This document shows positions 1 through 10,413 of a stretch of 64,000 nt of DNA, in pieces. Under the pieces are notes generated by a model, which saw nothing but the letters and a program-made list of their open reading frames with translations, had not been told where the DNA came from and made no database searches. A program made the translations under genes and the position numbers. Position 1 is the first letter of the stretch. The number at the start of each line of letters is the position of its first letter. Source of the stretch: Ignavibacteriota bacterium (GTDB taxonomy: Bacteria; Bacteroidota; Ignavibacteria; Palsa-1295); assembly GCA_963787835.1 (NCBI GenBank), contig CAWBEI010000002.1, forward strand, positions 1,120,001 through 1,184,000. Reading direction: 5' to 3'.

Positions 1-1
1 C

Positions 2-1753
2 GCTTTGCACTCCCAGTGTTTTCACCGCCCAGTGGTTATCTTCGTTATCGGTTACGCAGAGTGAAATTGCTTGTCCACCAACCTCAAGAGTTAGACTCGA
101 TAATTGCACCCAACTCGATGCAAGTTGCGATGAACTTGGCCTAAATAACGCTGTGCCAAGATCCAGCGGTTGCATTGGGGAAGAAAAATTGTTCTGGATC
201 TCAATATGGGCAGTGGTATCAGTATGATTAATGGCAGATATTAACCACCCCGTTGGTTGCATATAGGAGGCATAAGCGACGACCGAAGAATCCCAGGTAT
301 AATCGGCTTTAATGTCGGAGATATGTGGCCACAAAGAATCGATATTAATTTGCGAGTTAAGATCGACTCCAAGCAGGAGAGAATCAAGCTGACCGTAATA
401 TGCCGAGGCGGATTCCCGATGAAGTTGTGCGGAGTGTGCTGCTAACGCCGAAGATACGAAACCAATAAGTTGGGTGGTGGTATCTTTTATGCCTGCACCA
501 ATATTATATTGAAGATGCAGGATCGAAGTATCTGATCCCTGCGTACCATCGTAACGAACAAGAATGCTATCGACTGTGCTAAGTGTTCGCGGAGTGGGTC
601 GGGGATCAGACAATTGAAATGCTGCGGAACCGGAGAGCCAAAGTGAATCGAGCGTGCCGGTGGGAATTCCGCATCCAACAAGTCCTATTCCGAGAAATGT
701 ATCGACCGGGGTACTACAAATAGTGTGATTGAGAATGGATGATCGAGAAGGAATAATGAGTGCAGAAGCAGAGGAATTTTGCGCGGTCGCGATCGAATCG
801 CCTCCGCTATTATCCGTGCGCCACACATTGCCGGCATCATCGACGGCTAACAAAATATTATCATTGATCGCGGCGATCAGCCGCGTATCGAAAGTTACGG
901 ACGGGCCTCCGATCGAACTCCACGTCACACCATGATCTGTCGAGCGATACACCCCGTTTGAAGTAGATGGACAATAGATAGTTGTTGTTCCCTCCGCAAT
1001 CGAACCGCTAAAAAAGGGTTCCGGCTCGGAAGCCGTTACTTGCCAAGTAGTTCCGAGATCTGTTGTAAGATAGATCTTGGAATATTGATCCGTCCGAACG
1101 GCTCCATCCTCATGGCTTACGTATATTCGATTAGGGTCGCATGAATCGATGGCAAATGAATATGAATCCTGATCAAAACCTGATTTCGTTTGTTGCCATG
1201 ATAATCCAAAGTCCGTGCTGAAAAAAATATAAGCTGGGTCTCCGCTTCCGCCGGACTGATAAATAGTCCCATTCTTATATCTCACGCAAAGTTTGTATTG
1301 TTGTGTGGGTATGTTCCTCCAATTATTTCCACCATCCAAAGTGACTCCAACAGTACTTGCATCCTTACAGGCAAGAGCGATACTATTAGAGTCATTAAGA
1401 AAACAACCGCTGGCTGCGGCTTGTGATAATATTTGCCAGCTTGTTCCACCGTTTCTGGTAATCCAGGCATTGCTGGTGCCTGACAAAACGCCATTCATGG
1501 AATTAAAAAATTGAATATCATATGGCTCATCCGGAAGCGGTTTCTTGATCCATGTAATTCCTGTATCTGTTGAAATGTAGAGTGCATCTGAAGCGATCCA
1601 GACCGTCCCATTCTGAAAGCACATCGCGCCGAACCATTGAGAAAGTATTGTCAAGTTTGGCGCAACGATCCTCCATTGTGCATGAGTGTTACTTGCTGCT
1701 ACCGTGAGAAATAGCATCGCGAACCACAAATTTTTTAATGAGTAAAAACCCAT
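2..1753 (-). CDS. Secreted BNR/Ycf48-like beta-propeller protein with one Ig-like repeat and conserved pre-CTD domain; probable T9SS substrate; 3' end runs off the window
   Basis: Not in ORF track (no stop in window). Manual translation of the start, middle and end segments, all in one frame from ATG 1753: MGFYSLKNLWFAMLFLTVAASNTHAQW (signal peptide), STDTGITW/TRNGGTSW Asp-boxes, and ...LCVTDNEDNHWAVKTLGVQS at the window edge, matching the neighbours. Confidence 0.85.
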   Translation of the reverse strand, partial: MGFYSLKNLWFAMLFLTVAASNTHAQWRIVAPNLTILSQWFGAMCFQNGTVWIASDALYISTDTGITWIKKPLPDEPYDIQFFNSMNGVLSGTSNAWITRNGGTSWQILSQAAASGCFLNDSNSIALACKDASTVGVTLDGGNNWRNIPTQQYKLCVRYKNGTIYQSGGSGDPAYIFFSTDFGLSWQQTKSGFDQDSYSFAIDSCDPNRIYVSHEDGAVRTDQYSKIYLTTDLGTTWQVTASEPEPFFSGSIAEGTTTIYCPSTSNGVYRSTDHGVTWSSIGGPSVTFDTRLIAAINDNILLAVDDAGNVWRTDNSGGDSIATAQNSSASALIIPSRSSILNHTICSTPVDTFLGIGLVGCGIPTGTLDSLWLSGSAAFQLSDPRPTPRTLSTVDSILVRYDGTQGSDTSILHLQYNIGAGIKDTTTQLIGFVSSALAAHSAQLHRESASAYYGQLDSLLLGVDLNSQINIDSLWPHISDIKADYTWDSSVVAYASYMQPTGWLISAINHTDTTAHIEIQNNFSSPMQPLDLGTALFRPSSSQLASSWVQLSSLTLEVGGQAISLCVTDNEDNHWAVKTLGVQS

Positions 1754-1765
1754 AAATTCAAATTC

Positions 1766-3547
1766 TTAATGATTCCTAACCACCCTAAGAGAATTTATTC
1801 CCGCTGAAGTTTTCACCAAAAGATTATACACTCCATCCGCATCGGGAAGAGTCAGTTCAATAGGATTATCCTTGGTGATATTGGCTTCGGTCTTGCCTCG
1901 CTCAACTCCAAGCAAATCATAGATCTCGATCGTAACATTACCGAGGTCGTCGCTCGAATAGATCCAAACATTGCCGTTCGCCGGATTGGGATAGACTGTA
2001 ATATCCTGCGAAACGGTCGGAACTTCGGTAACTCCGCTTTGTACCCCAAGTGTTTTTACTGCCCAATGATTATCCTCGTTGTCGGTCACGCAGAGGGGAA
2101 GCGACTGACTGCCAATATCAACAACAAAATTTGTTAAGTTCACCCAACTGGTTGCCAGTTGTGGCGAACTCGGACGAAATAGCGCCGTACCCAAATTCAT
2201 CGGTTGCTCCGGAGATGACCCGGTGTTTTGAATATTAATATCGACGAAAGTATTATGATTTGCAAGGCCGTTCAGTGTCCAGCCGGAAGGCGGAAGATAA
2301 CCGGCATATTTTGCGACTGAGGAATCCCAGGTATAGGTGAACTGAATATCAGAAATATACGGCCACAAGGAGTCGATATTTATTTCCGAGTTGATATCGA
2401 CACCAAGCATAAGCGAATCGACCTGTTCAAAATACGAAGATGCAGCTTCGCGATGAAGTTGTGAAGGAACTCCTGTGGCACCAGATCCGAACGAATATTC
2501 ATAGAGGGAACCGTTCGGCTGATCGTCGAACCCGTAAAGATTTATTCCGTCGCACCCATTTAGGACAGAGAATCGTGTATCATTGTGAGCACTGGGACCC
2601 CCGATGCTTGTCCAAGTTACTCCTTGGTCTGTAGAAAAGTAAAATCCATTGTAAGTAACTCCACCAATCGTATTGTTAACGTCCTGGACCTGGAAGAAAA
2701 GATATTGCTCGCCAAGACCGGCAAAATGTCCCGTGGAAACAAAAGGAAAATTTGCGAGTGGGTTCCAATTGACTCCATAATCCGTTGATCGATAGATTTC
2801 CAGGTTATAGGGCTCGCCGTTAGTATATCCTTCCGGTGCAGCATAAAAATTCGAAGTTCCGGAATCGTCATAAACAGACCAGGACTCGATGTTCATGTTT
2901 GAATTTTGCCATGTGACACCGCCATCCGAGCTGTATAGCCAACTTTCTCCACGGTAACAACTAATTACGCCATGCATCGGGTCAATAAAATCTACGCAAT
3001 TTGTGCTGTTAATGAAACCATCTGAAAAGGTGTTGCCGCCATCGGTTGAGATGTGTCCATTACCAATAATGTCAGTTACGATCATTGCATTCGGGGTTAT
3101 CTGAACAGATGTTCCGGAGCCAACGAGTCGTGTTTCTTCCCATGTCAGGCCTCCGTCCGTTGTTTGCCAAAGTGCTTTGTTCCCACTGCCACCCCACGCA
3201 GTCATGGCGAGCCACCCATGCAAAGGGTCCACCATAATAAGGTCCCCGATCTGACCTCCATATCCACCCGGAATGGATGCTTTTATCCATGTTTTCCCAC
3301 CATCAGTGGTTTTATCAAGTTCAACCGGACCGCTCAAATTCTTGCCCGGGCTCACTCCAAGTCCGACGAAGCCGGTATTGGCATCAAGAAATTTCGCGAG
3401 GCAGATATAGCCATCAAAAGTTCCTATCCTCTTCCATGATTGAGCCTGTACCGAACCAGCTCCTAAAATGAAAATAATAGGTAACAAAAAGCGGATACAA
3501 AGCATACGTTCAAACAAAAACCTCATTATATTTTGACGGTGATTCAT
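1766..3547 (-). CDS. T9SS type A sorting domain protein with BNR/Ycf48-like beta-propeller
   Basis: Signal peptide (VQAQ), repeated (S/T)(T/S)DGGxTW Asp-boxes, C-terminal YPNP...IYDLLG...GVY...K CTD. Confidence 0.85.
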   Translation of the reverse strand: MNHRQNIMRFLFERMLCIRFLLPIIFILGAGSVQAQSWKRIGTFDGYICLAKFLDANTGFVGLGVSPGKNLSGPVELDKTTDGGKTWIKASIPGGYGGQIGDLIMVDPLHGWLAMTAWGGSGNKALWQTTDGGLTWEETRLVGSGTSVQITPNAMIVTDIIGNGHISTDGGNTFSDGFINSTNCVDFIDPMHGVISCYRGESWLYSSDGGVTWQNSNMNIESWSVYDDSGTSNFYAAPEGYTNGEPYNLEIYRSTDYGVNWNPLANFPFVSTGHFAGLGEQYLFFQVQDVNNTIGGVTYNGFYFSTDQGVTWTSIGGPSAHNDTRFSVLNGCDGINLYGFDDQPNGSLYEYSFGSGATGVPSQLHREAASSYFEQVDSLMLGVDINSEINIDSLWPYISDIQFTYTWDSSVAKYAGYLPPSGWTLNGLANHNTFVDINIQNTGSSPEQPMNLGTALFRPSSPQLATSWVNLTNFVVDIGSQSLPLCVTDNEDNHWAVKTLGVQSGVTEVPTVSQDITVYPNPANGNVWIYSSDDLGNVTIEIYDLLGVERGKTEANITKDNPIELTLPDADGVYNLLVKTSAGINSLRVVRNH

Positions 3548-3581
3548 ACTTTCCTCCTTGCATATATCGCTACCGACTCAT

Positions 3582-6500
3582 CTATTGAATTTTGCTAATT
3601 CTTCGAGCGATCATGCGATCACCAATGTGACAGACAAGCACATACGAACCCTGCGCGAGCCCTGCGATATTCATGGAACCCGTCGAACCTCCAAGAACAT
3701 TCCCGGTAGCCACCTCCCTGCCGATCACATCGTAGATCGCAATCGAAGCCGGAAGCGCATCATCATTCTTCACGAACAATTCATCGCCTGCCGGATCGGG
3801 GTAGACGGAGATACCCTGCACTTGGGGTGGAGAATCCTCCACAGCGGCTGTAAGCCCCAGTGTTTTTACTGCCCAATGATTATCCTCGTTATCGATGACG
3901 CAGAGGGAGTTCGTTTGATTCCCAATCGTCAGCAGGAGCCGTGGCATTGTTACCCAGCTCGTGGCGGGTTCGGAGGATTTCGGACGGAACACCGCCGTAC
4001 CGAGATCGAGCGGGTTTTGTGCCCTCCCCGTGCTGTTGTGGATCTCAAAATCGAACGAACTTGCGTGTGCCGTAAAGGATACCAGCGTCCATGGAGTTGG
4101 CGGTAAATACTGCACGGCGCTAACCACGTTCTGGTCGAACGCACACGTCCCCTGAATATCGGTCACTAAGTTCCAAAGAGAATCGAAATTGACCGAGGTA
4201 CTAATATCGAGTTGAAGGGGAAGCGAATCGAGCCCGTCGTAATACGCGGATGAGGATTCCCGGCGCATGTGCGCCGGCTGTGCAAGCAATGGTGACGCCA
4301 CCGTGCCGATCACCGTAAGCACGGTATCCTGCGGGCCAGAACCGACATCGTACCGAATATGCAACTCCGCAGTATCCGAACCACCTCCGTTGGGCGAATA
4401 CAAGACACCGATACTGTCGTTGATCAGCAGCGATCGTGGAACGGAACGGGTATCGCTGATCTGCAGCGTTGGCGACCCGGTAAGCCACACTGAGTCCAGT
4501 TCCCCATTTGCGAGCGGACAGCCGGTAACGCCGATGCGAAGACCTGTATCCGATCCGCCGCAGGACTTGGAAAGGATGCTTTCTACCAAAGCCGGAAGCA
4601 GGATCGCCGGAGGGGGCAGCGGATTCATGACGGTGCCGATCACCGTGATGGTCGTATCTTGCACACCCGAGCCAAGATCATATCTAAGATGCAAAACGGC
4701 GGTATCCGGAGCGGTCGCGCCGGGCAGATATTGTAACTGCACACTATCGAACGAGCCAAGTCCGCGCGGCACGCCGCGAGTGTCACTGATATGGATGGCG
4801 GGTGATCCGACAAGCCATGCTGAATCCAAACGGCCGCCGGAAATGAGGCATCCTGTGACCCAGAGTGAAATGGGAATCGAGAGTGGTACACACGTCGCTT
4901 GTACTATTTGTGGCGATGGCGCCGTTTCAAGCGTCACCGAACGAACCGATGTAGCAAGTGTGCCGATCAGTGTTATGATCGTATCGCGATCCCCGGAACC
5001 TGTGTTATAGACAAGATGGAGATACGTCGTATCCAACCCGGGAGGCGTTGGTGCGTAAACGATGCGAACGCTGTCGACCGAATCGAGTGCGCGAGGAGTC
5101 TTGCGCAGATCGGCTATGCTAAACGCCGATGATCCGGTCATAAATGCGTTCACTAAGGTTACGCCCGGACATCCCGTACCTCCCAACCGGAACGAAGTAT
5201 CCTTGACATTACAGACCGTATCAAGCACAGACTCCGTCGTTGGAGCAAGGAACAGTGTGTTAGAGGTATTTTTAGAAAAACCTATCAGTGTAATAACCGT
5301 ATCCCTGGAACCGGAACCAAGATTATACTGCAGATGGAGGTAGGATGTATCGGCGCCCGGCGGAGTGGGCGTAAAGACAAGATTAACGCTATCGAGCGAA
5401 TCCAGCACACGTGGTATACCGCGCAGATCCACAATATGGAATGCAGAGGAACCAGTGATCGAGGCACTCTCGAGCGTTACGCCCGGGCAGCCGGTCCCGC
5501 CAAGATAGAAGGAAGTATCTTCCGGTTTACCGCACGTCGTATCCAAAACCGATTCAGTTGTGGTGGAAAGGGATAGTGTGGAGGCTCCTGCGGATGTGGC
5601 TTCGGTAATAATATTAGCTGCTGCCTGGGACATCACCCATGATGGCTCAAGTGTAGCCGTATTCGTTGATGGATTCAACCGCTGCTGCATTGCAACGACG
5701 TATGTTGTGTTATCTGGATCTATTGTAAGTGCATAGGACCATTGATTCTGGGAGTAACCACCGACGGTTCCTGTAATTTGCCAGGGATTTGTCCCAACTT
5801 TTGTGTAGATTCGGATAGAATCCCCATCTCCGGTACCGTGGAGCGTTAATGGGTTGACCGGAGTATGGGATGTATCAGTGGATAGACCGCGATATGTCGT
5901 GGCTGTGTTTGGTAAGATGGAAGGATTATTACTAATAGGGCCATCGAAGCGGACTCGGCCATCGCCCCCGCTCCCATTATCAGCATGAGTGTGTAAAGAA
6001 ATCCCTCCTGCAGCAGAGATGGAAGGGAACACACTATTCAATTTTGCTTCTATGGTTAGCCCACCTCCACTTCCGCAGCCTCCAACTGATCCATGATTTA
6101 CACAGCCAAATCCACCAGTGACCCCGCTTTCACCATTAACCTGAACCGAGGCGCTTGGACCAGTAATCTGAGCTGAAAAAAGACACACTCCTCCTCCTCC
6201 TCCGCCCGCAGATGCACCAGGAGTCGAGTTATCTTCATCACAGGAACAGAACTCATTTCCACCTCCTCCACCGCTTCCGCCCATCAGAGGTACCAGCATT
6301 GGATTTCCATTGACAATTCCACCCTGATCATCGTAATTGCCCCGCTCTCCTCGACCGTTTTCACCAATTGTACCGAAACCTCCTCCATTACCGTCGCCCT
6401 CATGTTTGTCATGAGTGACAACCCCACCGCCCTCAGAGATAAATGGATTTCCTGTGCCGCCGTAATACTCGCAATTGGGATTTGCGTCACTTGGCTCTGG

Positions 6501-7367
6501 AACAATCTGATTAAGGCCAATTCCGCCTCCATTTACATCTCCAGTTCCTCCAGTTCCTGTGCCTCCAGTTCCAGAACATGGAGCACCATCTCCAGATTCT
6601 CCCGGCGCTCCGCCGACAAATCCATCGCCACCGGGATAGATAACGGGTCCATCGCCCATACTTCCACCACCACCACCTGGACCCCCGTTTTTTCCGCTTG
6701 CACTTCCAGATAGCATTGCGCCAGAAGCAAGTGTAATATTACCTTTGGAGAGGATCACTGCAGGCAAATACCCTTGATTTCCGATCGTCGAGGGATCACA
6801 ATCGGACGTCGAAATAGTATAAGTTCCGGAATCTAATGAAATGCTGTCAAAAATAAGTGCTCCGCGCTTTGAACGGACACCCCACTGGCCACCACTTCCC
6901 AAAACGCCACCGCCCGAAACAACAAGGGCAGGATTTGGTTGAACAATAAAGAATGTGTCGCTATTAGAAGCGACCCCATTAACAAGGACCTTAAGTGGGA
7001 TCGAAAAATCGGGGCCAACTTGATTCCATTGTGAAGAATTTGGCTCTGGACAGGGAGCAATGAATATTTGCGTAGAAATGACACGTCCTTGCCAGCTGAC
7101 AACGATCGGTCCAATAGTAACTTTCGAAGTATCTGAAGAATTCGTACAAACGACCCTCACGTTATCGCCGGGGTTATTGGAGTAGGATCCATCGGAGCCA
7201 AACTGGCCAGTGGCGTTATAGGGTCCAATCATTTCCATGTAGGTATTCATCCCGGGTGTGCCAATATCGGGAATGATGTAAGAGATGACCGGGGCCTGAC
7301 CAAAAGCCCTCAGCGGTAAGACAACCACGCTAAGAAATGCGAACGAGACGGAAACGAATTTATGCAT
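3582..7367 (-). CDS. Large T9SS type A substrate: N-terminal domain, glycine-rich domain, four Ig-like repeats, pre-CTD domain, CTD
   Basis: Probable start ATG 7367 (MHKFV..., signal peptide AFGQ); poly-Gly tracts; four ~107-aa repeats; YPDP...IYDVIGREV...GSY CTD. Confidence 0.85.
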   Translation of the reverse strand: MHKFVSVSFAFLSVVVLPLRAFGQAPVISYIIPDIGTPGMNTYMEMIGPYNATGQFGSDGSYSNNPGDNVRVVCTNSSDTSKVTIGPIVVSWQGRVISTQIFIAPCPEPNSSQWNQVGPDFSIPLKVLVNGVASNSDTFFIVQPNPALVVSGGGVLGSGGQWGVRSKRGALIFDSISLDSGTYTISTSDCDPSTIGNQGYLPAVILSKGNITLASGAMLSGSASGKNGGPGGGGGSMGDGPVIYPGGDGFVGGAPGESGDGAPCSGTGGTGTGGTGDVNGGGIGLNQIVPEPSDANPNCEYYGGTGNPFISEGGGVVTHDKHEGDGNGGGFGTIGENGRGERGNYDDQGGIVNGNPMLVPLMGGSGGGGGNEFCSCDEDNSTPGASAGGGGGGVCLFSAQITGPSASVQVNGESGVTGGFGCVNHGSVGGCGSGGGLTIEAKLNSVFPSISAAGGISLHTHADNGSGGDGRVRFDGPISNNPSILPNTATTYRGLSTDTSHTPVNPLTLHGTGDGDSIRIYTKVGTNPWQITGTVGGYSQNQWSYALTIDPDNTTYVVAMQQRLNPSTNTATLEPSWVMSQAAANIITEATSAGASTLSLSTTTESVLDTTCGKPEDTSFYLGGTGCPGVTLESASITGSSAFHIVDLRGIPRVLDSLDSVNLVFTPTPPGADTSYLHLQYNLGSGSRDTVITLIGFSKNTSNTLFLAPTTESVLDTVCNVKDTSFRLGGTGCPGVTLVNAFMTGSSAFSIADLRKTPRALDSVDSVRIVYAPTPPGLDTTYLHLVYNTGSGDRDTIITLIGTLATSVRSVTLETAPSPQIVQATCVPLSIPISLWVTGCLISGGRLDSAWLVGSPAIHISDTRGVPRGLGSFDSVQLQYLPGATAPDTAVLHLRYDLGSGVQDTTITVIGTVMNPLPPPAILLPALVESILSKSCGGSDTGLRIGVTGCPLANGELDSVWLTGSPTLQISDTRSVPRSLLINDSIGVLYSPNGGGSDTAELHIRYDVGSGPQDTVLTVIGTVASPLLAQPAHMRRESSSAYYDGLDSLPLQLDISTSVNFDSLWNLVTDIQGTCAFDQNVVSAVQYLPPTPWTLVSFTAHASSFDFEIHNSTGRAQNPLDLGTAVFRPKSSEPATSWVTMPRLLLTIGNQTNSLCVIDNEDNHWAVKTLGLTAAVEDSPPQVQGISVYPDPAGDELFVKNDDALPASIAIYDVIGREVATGNVLGGSTGSMNIAGLAQGSYVLVCHIGDRMIARRISKIQ
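4295..5580 (-). repeat. Four intragenic ~107-aa tandem repeats (C...GxTGC...GS...D.R..PR.L...DS...DT..LH..Y..GSG..DT...LIG)
   Basis: Visible in the translation; boundaries approximate. Confidence 0.8.
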
Positions 7368-7430
7368 CGGAATGAAGACTAATTCATTGCATTGTACAAC
7401 CCACAATCATGGCGAAGGTTCCGAAATAAT

Positions 7431-8756
7431 TTATACCTTTCTTTGAATGGAAAAGAGTCCTCGCAAATGATTGGAAACATCGCTAAAACCACGGGTTAGA
7501 AGCAGTTTCCGATCGAATCCAACATGCTTTTGCATGTATGCATACAGTTGCGCAGTCTGGACCGCCGAAGCTGCAACAAAGGCGATGGCTGCGCCGATAA
7601 GCTGATGTGTAATTGCAAGCATGGTCGAAGCGAATACGACATTGACGACGAGGGTTATCGTGAACATACGAAAAGCTTCCTTGATCTTTCCCATCCCCGT
7701 CATCGAAACACCAAACACCATTTGGAGGGGAAAGAAAAGTACCGAAATTAATAATACTCGAAAGATAGGAATGCTTGCGTCAAATTTTACTCCATATAGC
7801 AGATGAAAAAGGAACGGAGCGCCAATATCGAGTAAGATCCCAAGAGGGATCAGTCCCAGGAATAAGAAGCTAACGCTCTTTTCTATGATGGTTCGAAGCG
7901 TTTGAATTTCTCCGCGTGAATGATATTTACTGGTGGCTGGAAAAACAAAAAGTGTCATTGTTTCACGAATGACGTCGAATCCACGAAACAGCATTTTCGC
8001 TCCGTTGTACATGGCTACTCCAATGGCGCCCGTAAACCCCGATACGATCAATACATCGAAATTCTGTTGAGCGGTCGAGACCACTCCCATTGCTGCTTGA
8101 TACCGAACAAATTCCGATATACGCATGAGCATCTTACGAGAATATTTTACGCGGTATCGCAGATACGGTCGAACCAGAATAATTGCAGTTAATGAGGAGA
8201 GCAGGCCGGAAAGCATAGTAATGCGAATCACGTTCTCCGCGCTGTGAAGTTTTCCCATCAATAGCAAGAGGAAGAGCGCAATACTTGCAACTCCAAAATT
8301 TGCAAAATCCACAAAGAAGATCTCTTTCATCCTAAATTTTGATTGCAGCACCTTACTGAGCACCACTCGTGGCATGGTAAACACCGCAAAGATTGCCAGA
8401 TAAGGAATCAGATGTCCTAATTGCGGGATGTTCAGCAAGCCACTGAACGTATCGGGGAACATTAGCAGAAGAGCCAATGCAGTACCAAGGAATGCAATAA
8501 ACAATAAGGTGGTGACGGTGACGAGCTCTTCCAGTTCTACCTCCGGTTCTACGCCGAACTTCACGATGGCCTGCAACGCAAATCCATCAGAGAAGGTGAA
8601 CAGGATCGTGAAGAGGGTCTGAAATACGCTGAGGATCCCAAATTCCGTTGGTGCAATGGAACGAGCCACCATTATTAAGGCGAATGCATAAGGAATGGGA
8701 AGTCCTCGTGAGGCAAAGGCCCATAGTCCTTTTCCAAGATGGCTACTAAATCTCAA
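7431..8756 (-). CDS. Oligosaccharide flippase (Wzx/RfbX, MOP family)
   Basis: Many hydrophobic segments, ARSIAPTEFGILS N-terminal pattern, FPA and LYGVKF motifs. Confidence 0.8.
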   Translation of the reverse strand: MRFSSHLGKGLWAFASRGLPIPYAFALIMVARSIAPTEFGILSVFQTLFTILFTFSDGFALQAIVKFGVEPEVELEELVTVTTLLFIAFLGTALALLLMFPDTFSGLLNIPQLGHLIPYLAIFAVFTMPRVVLSKVLQSKFRMKEIFFVDFANFGVASIALFLLLLMGKLHSAENVIRITMLSGLLSSLTAIILVRPYLRYRVKYSRKMLMRISEFVRYQAAMGVVSTAQQNFDVLIVSGFTGAIGVAMYNGAKMLFRGFDVIRETMTLFVFPATSKYHSRGEIQTLRTIIEKSVSFLFLGLIPLGILLDIGAPFLFHLLYGVKFDASIPIFRVLLISVLFFPLQMVFGVSMTGMGKIKEAFRMFTITLVVNVVFASTMLAITHQLIGAAIAFVAASAVQTAQLYAYMQKHVGFDRKLLLTRGFSDVSNHLRGLFSIQRKV

Positions 8757-8877
8757 AATTTTCTTATGGAAATATATGTAGAAATAAATCTATGGTTTGG
8801 GTGTAACAAACTAAGGGTTCAAGTGTTCTTAAACATGTGTAGAACTCTTTTGTTTCAATTCCTGGAGGGCTTCAATC

Positions 8878-10347
8878 ATGAAATCGTTCGTTAAGCTTTT
8901 CTTCGTTGTTTCTTTAATCTTGGTTCCTTTCGTTTCGGTCGCGCAGACGTGGCAATACACGGGTGCTCTTAGTGAGCCAAAGCGAACGGGAGTGCTTACC
9001 ACGCTTCCGAACCAAACCGCGATCTATGTCGGTGGCGCGGACGCTAATGGCTTTCCACTAACAACCTGCGAGATCTATAATCCGGCCACGACATCCTGGA
9101 CGCTTGCCGCTCCGCTGGCGGTGGGTGTCGAAAGACATACCGTTACTCAGCTCGCAGATGGACGTTTGGTTGTGATCGGTGGTAATACATCGATGGATTA
9201 CGATGAAAGTCAGCCCACCGGAGCGATCGAGATCTATGATTATACCACGAATACATGGTCAAATGGGGGAACACTCTCAATTGCGCGGCAAAACCATTCA
9301 TCAACGTTGCTCTTAGATGGTAACATTCTCGTAGCGGGAGGGTACACTGGGGGAGATGTTACTTCATCCGTGGAAATTTATGATCCTTCCACACAAACAT
9401 GTAGAAGTGTTGCACCACTAATACTTGCTCGTCACGATCATTCTGCAATACTACTTAATGATGGAAGAGTATTAGTAGTTGGAGGACGAGATGGCGGCTC
9501 CAGTAGTAACTATTTTAACGAATGCGAAATTTATGATCCCACGTCAGATACCTGGACGGTGATCGGTAATATGATCCAGGCTCGAATTAAGGGATCTTTG
9601 GCTACCTTCAGTGACGGGACTGTGCTCGCATCTGGTGGAAGGAATACACCGAATACTTCTGCTCCGGGATCTGAAGTATTAACGGGAACATTTTCTTTGT
9701 GGAATGCCACCTCTCCGATGCTCGTGCCCATGACTTGGAATGGAAGCGCACTATTACCTCAAGACCGCTTTTTAGTAACAGGAGGTCTTGTGGATGCCGA
9801 TTGGACTAACTCCTTCACCGGGGATATGACGCCAACCTGTGAATGGTATGATAAACCGAATGAACGCTGGTTTTTTGCTCCGCAATTAAATCTGCAGAGG
9901 AGTTATCACGGGCAATGTTATATGCACCAGACGGTCAACGATACGCTTCCTCAGGACATGGTCTTAGTGGCTGCCGGCATTACGGGGGACTACACTTTTA
10001 CGCAAACCGCTGAAATTCTGGATGTTACTGACCATGCGCTCCAAGCATACAAAGAAATGCCGCAAAACTTGGCTACAGTTAATTCTCCATCCAATTTACT
10101 TGATGCAAGTGTCGTAATGCAATCGCCCGGTCAAGCTTTGCTCCAACTCTCTTTAGGCGCTAATTCCGATGTTAGGGTGGATATCATCTCTTCGGCAGGC
10201 GAAACACTCTCCACGACCGAAGAAGAGCTATCTTCAGGCAGCTATGCTTTGCCCTTGATCGTATCGAACAATGTGTCGGGAATTTATTTTGCTCGTGTCA
10301 ATGTAGGCGGGGTGAATACTCTTCTAAAGTTTGCGATACTTAAGTAA
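8878..10347 (+). CDS. Secreted Kelch-repeat beta-propeller protein with probable T9SS CTD
   Basis: Signal peptide; repeated R..H....L.DG..LV.GG.....EIYDP.T.TW Kelch units; SGIYFARV...K C-terminus. Confidence 0.85.
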   Translation: MKSFVKLFFVVSLILVPFVSVAQTWQYTGALSEPKRTGVLTTLPNQTAIYVGGADANGFPLTTCEIYNPATTSWTLAAPLAVGVERHTVTQLADGRLVVIGGNTSMDYDESQPTGAIEIYDYTTNTWSNGGTLSIARQNHSSTLLLDGNILVAGGYTGGDVTSSVEIYDPSTQTCRSVAPLILARHDHSAILLNDGRVLVVGGRDGGSSSNYFNECEIYDPTSDTWTVIGNMIQARIKGSLATFSDGTVLASGGRNTPNTSAPGSEVLTGTFSLWNATSPMLVPMTWNGSALLPQDRFLVTGGLVDADWTNSFTGDMTPTCEWYDKPNERWFFAPQLNLQRSYHGQCYMHQTVNDTLPQDMVLVAAGITGDYTFTQTAEILDVTDHALQAYKEMPQNLATVNSPSNLLDASVVMQSPGQALLQLSLGANSDVRVDIISSAGETLSTTEEELSSGSYALPLIVSNNVSGIYFARVNVGGVNTLLKFAILK

Positions 10348-10364
10348 ATTTTGAACTATAGATA

Positions 10365-10401
10365 AGAAAGCCTCGCATCAGAAATGCGAGGCTTTTATTT
10401 T
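10365..10401. terminator. Bidirectional intrinsic terminator
   Basis: AAAGCCTCGCAT-cagaa-ATGCGAGGCTTT hairpin with A/T tails between convergent genes. Confidence 0.85.
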
Positions 10402-10413
10402 GGAGAAATCTTG

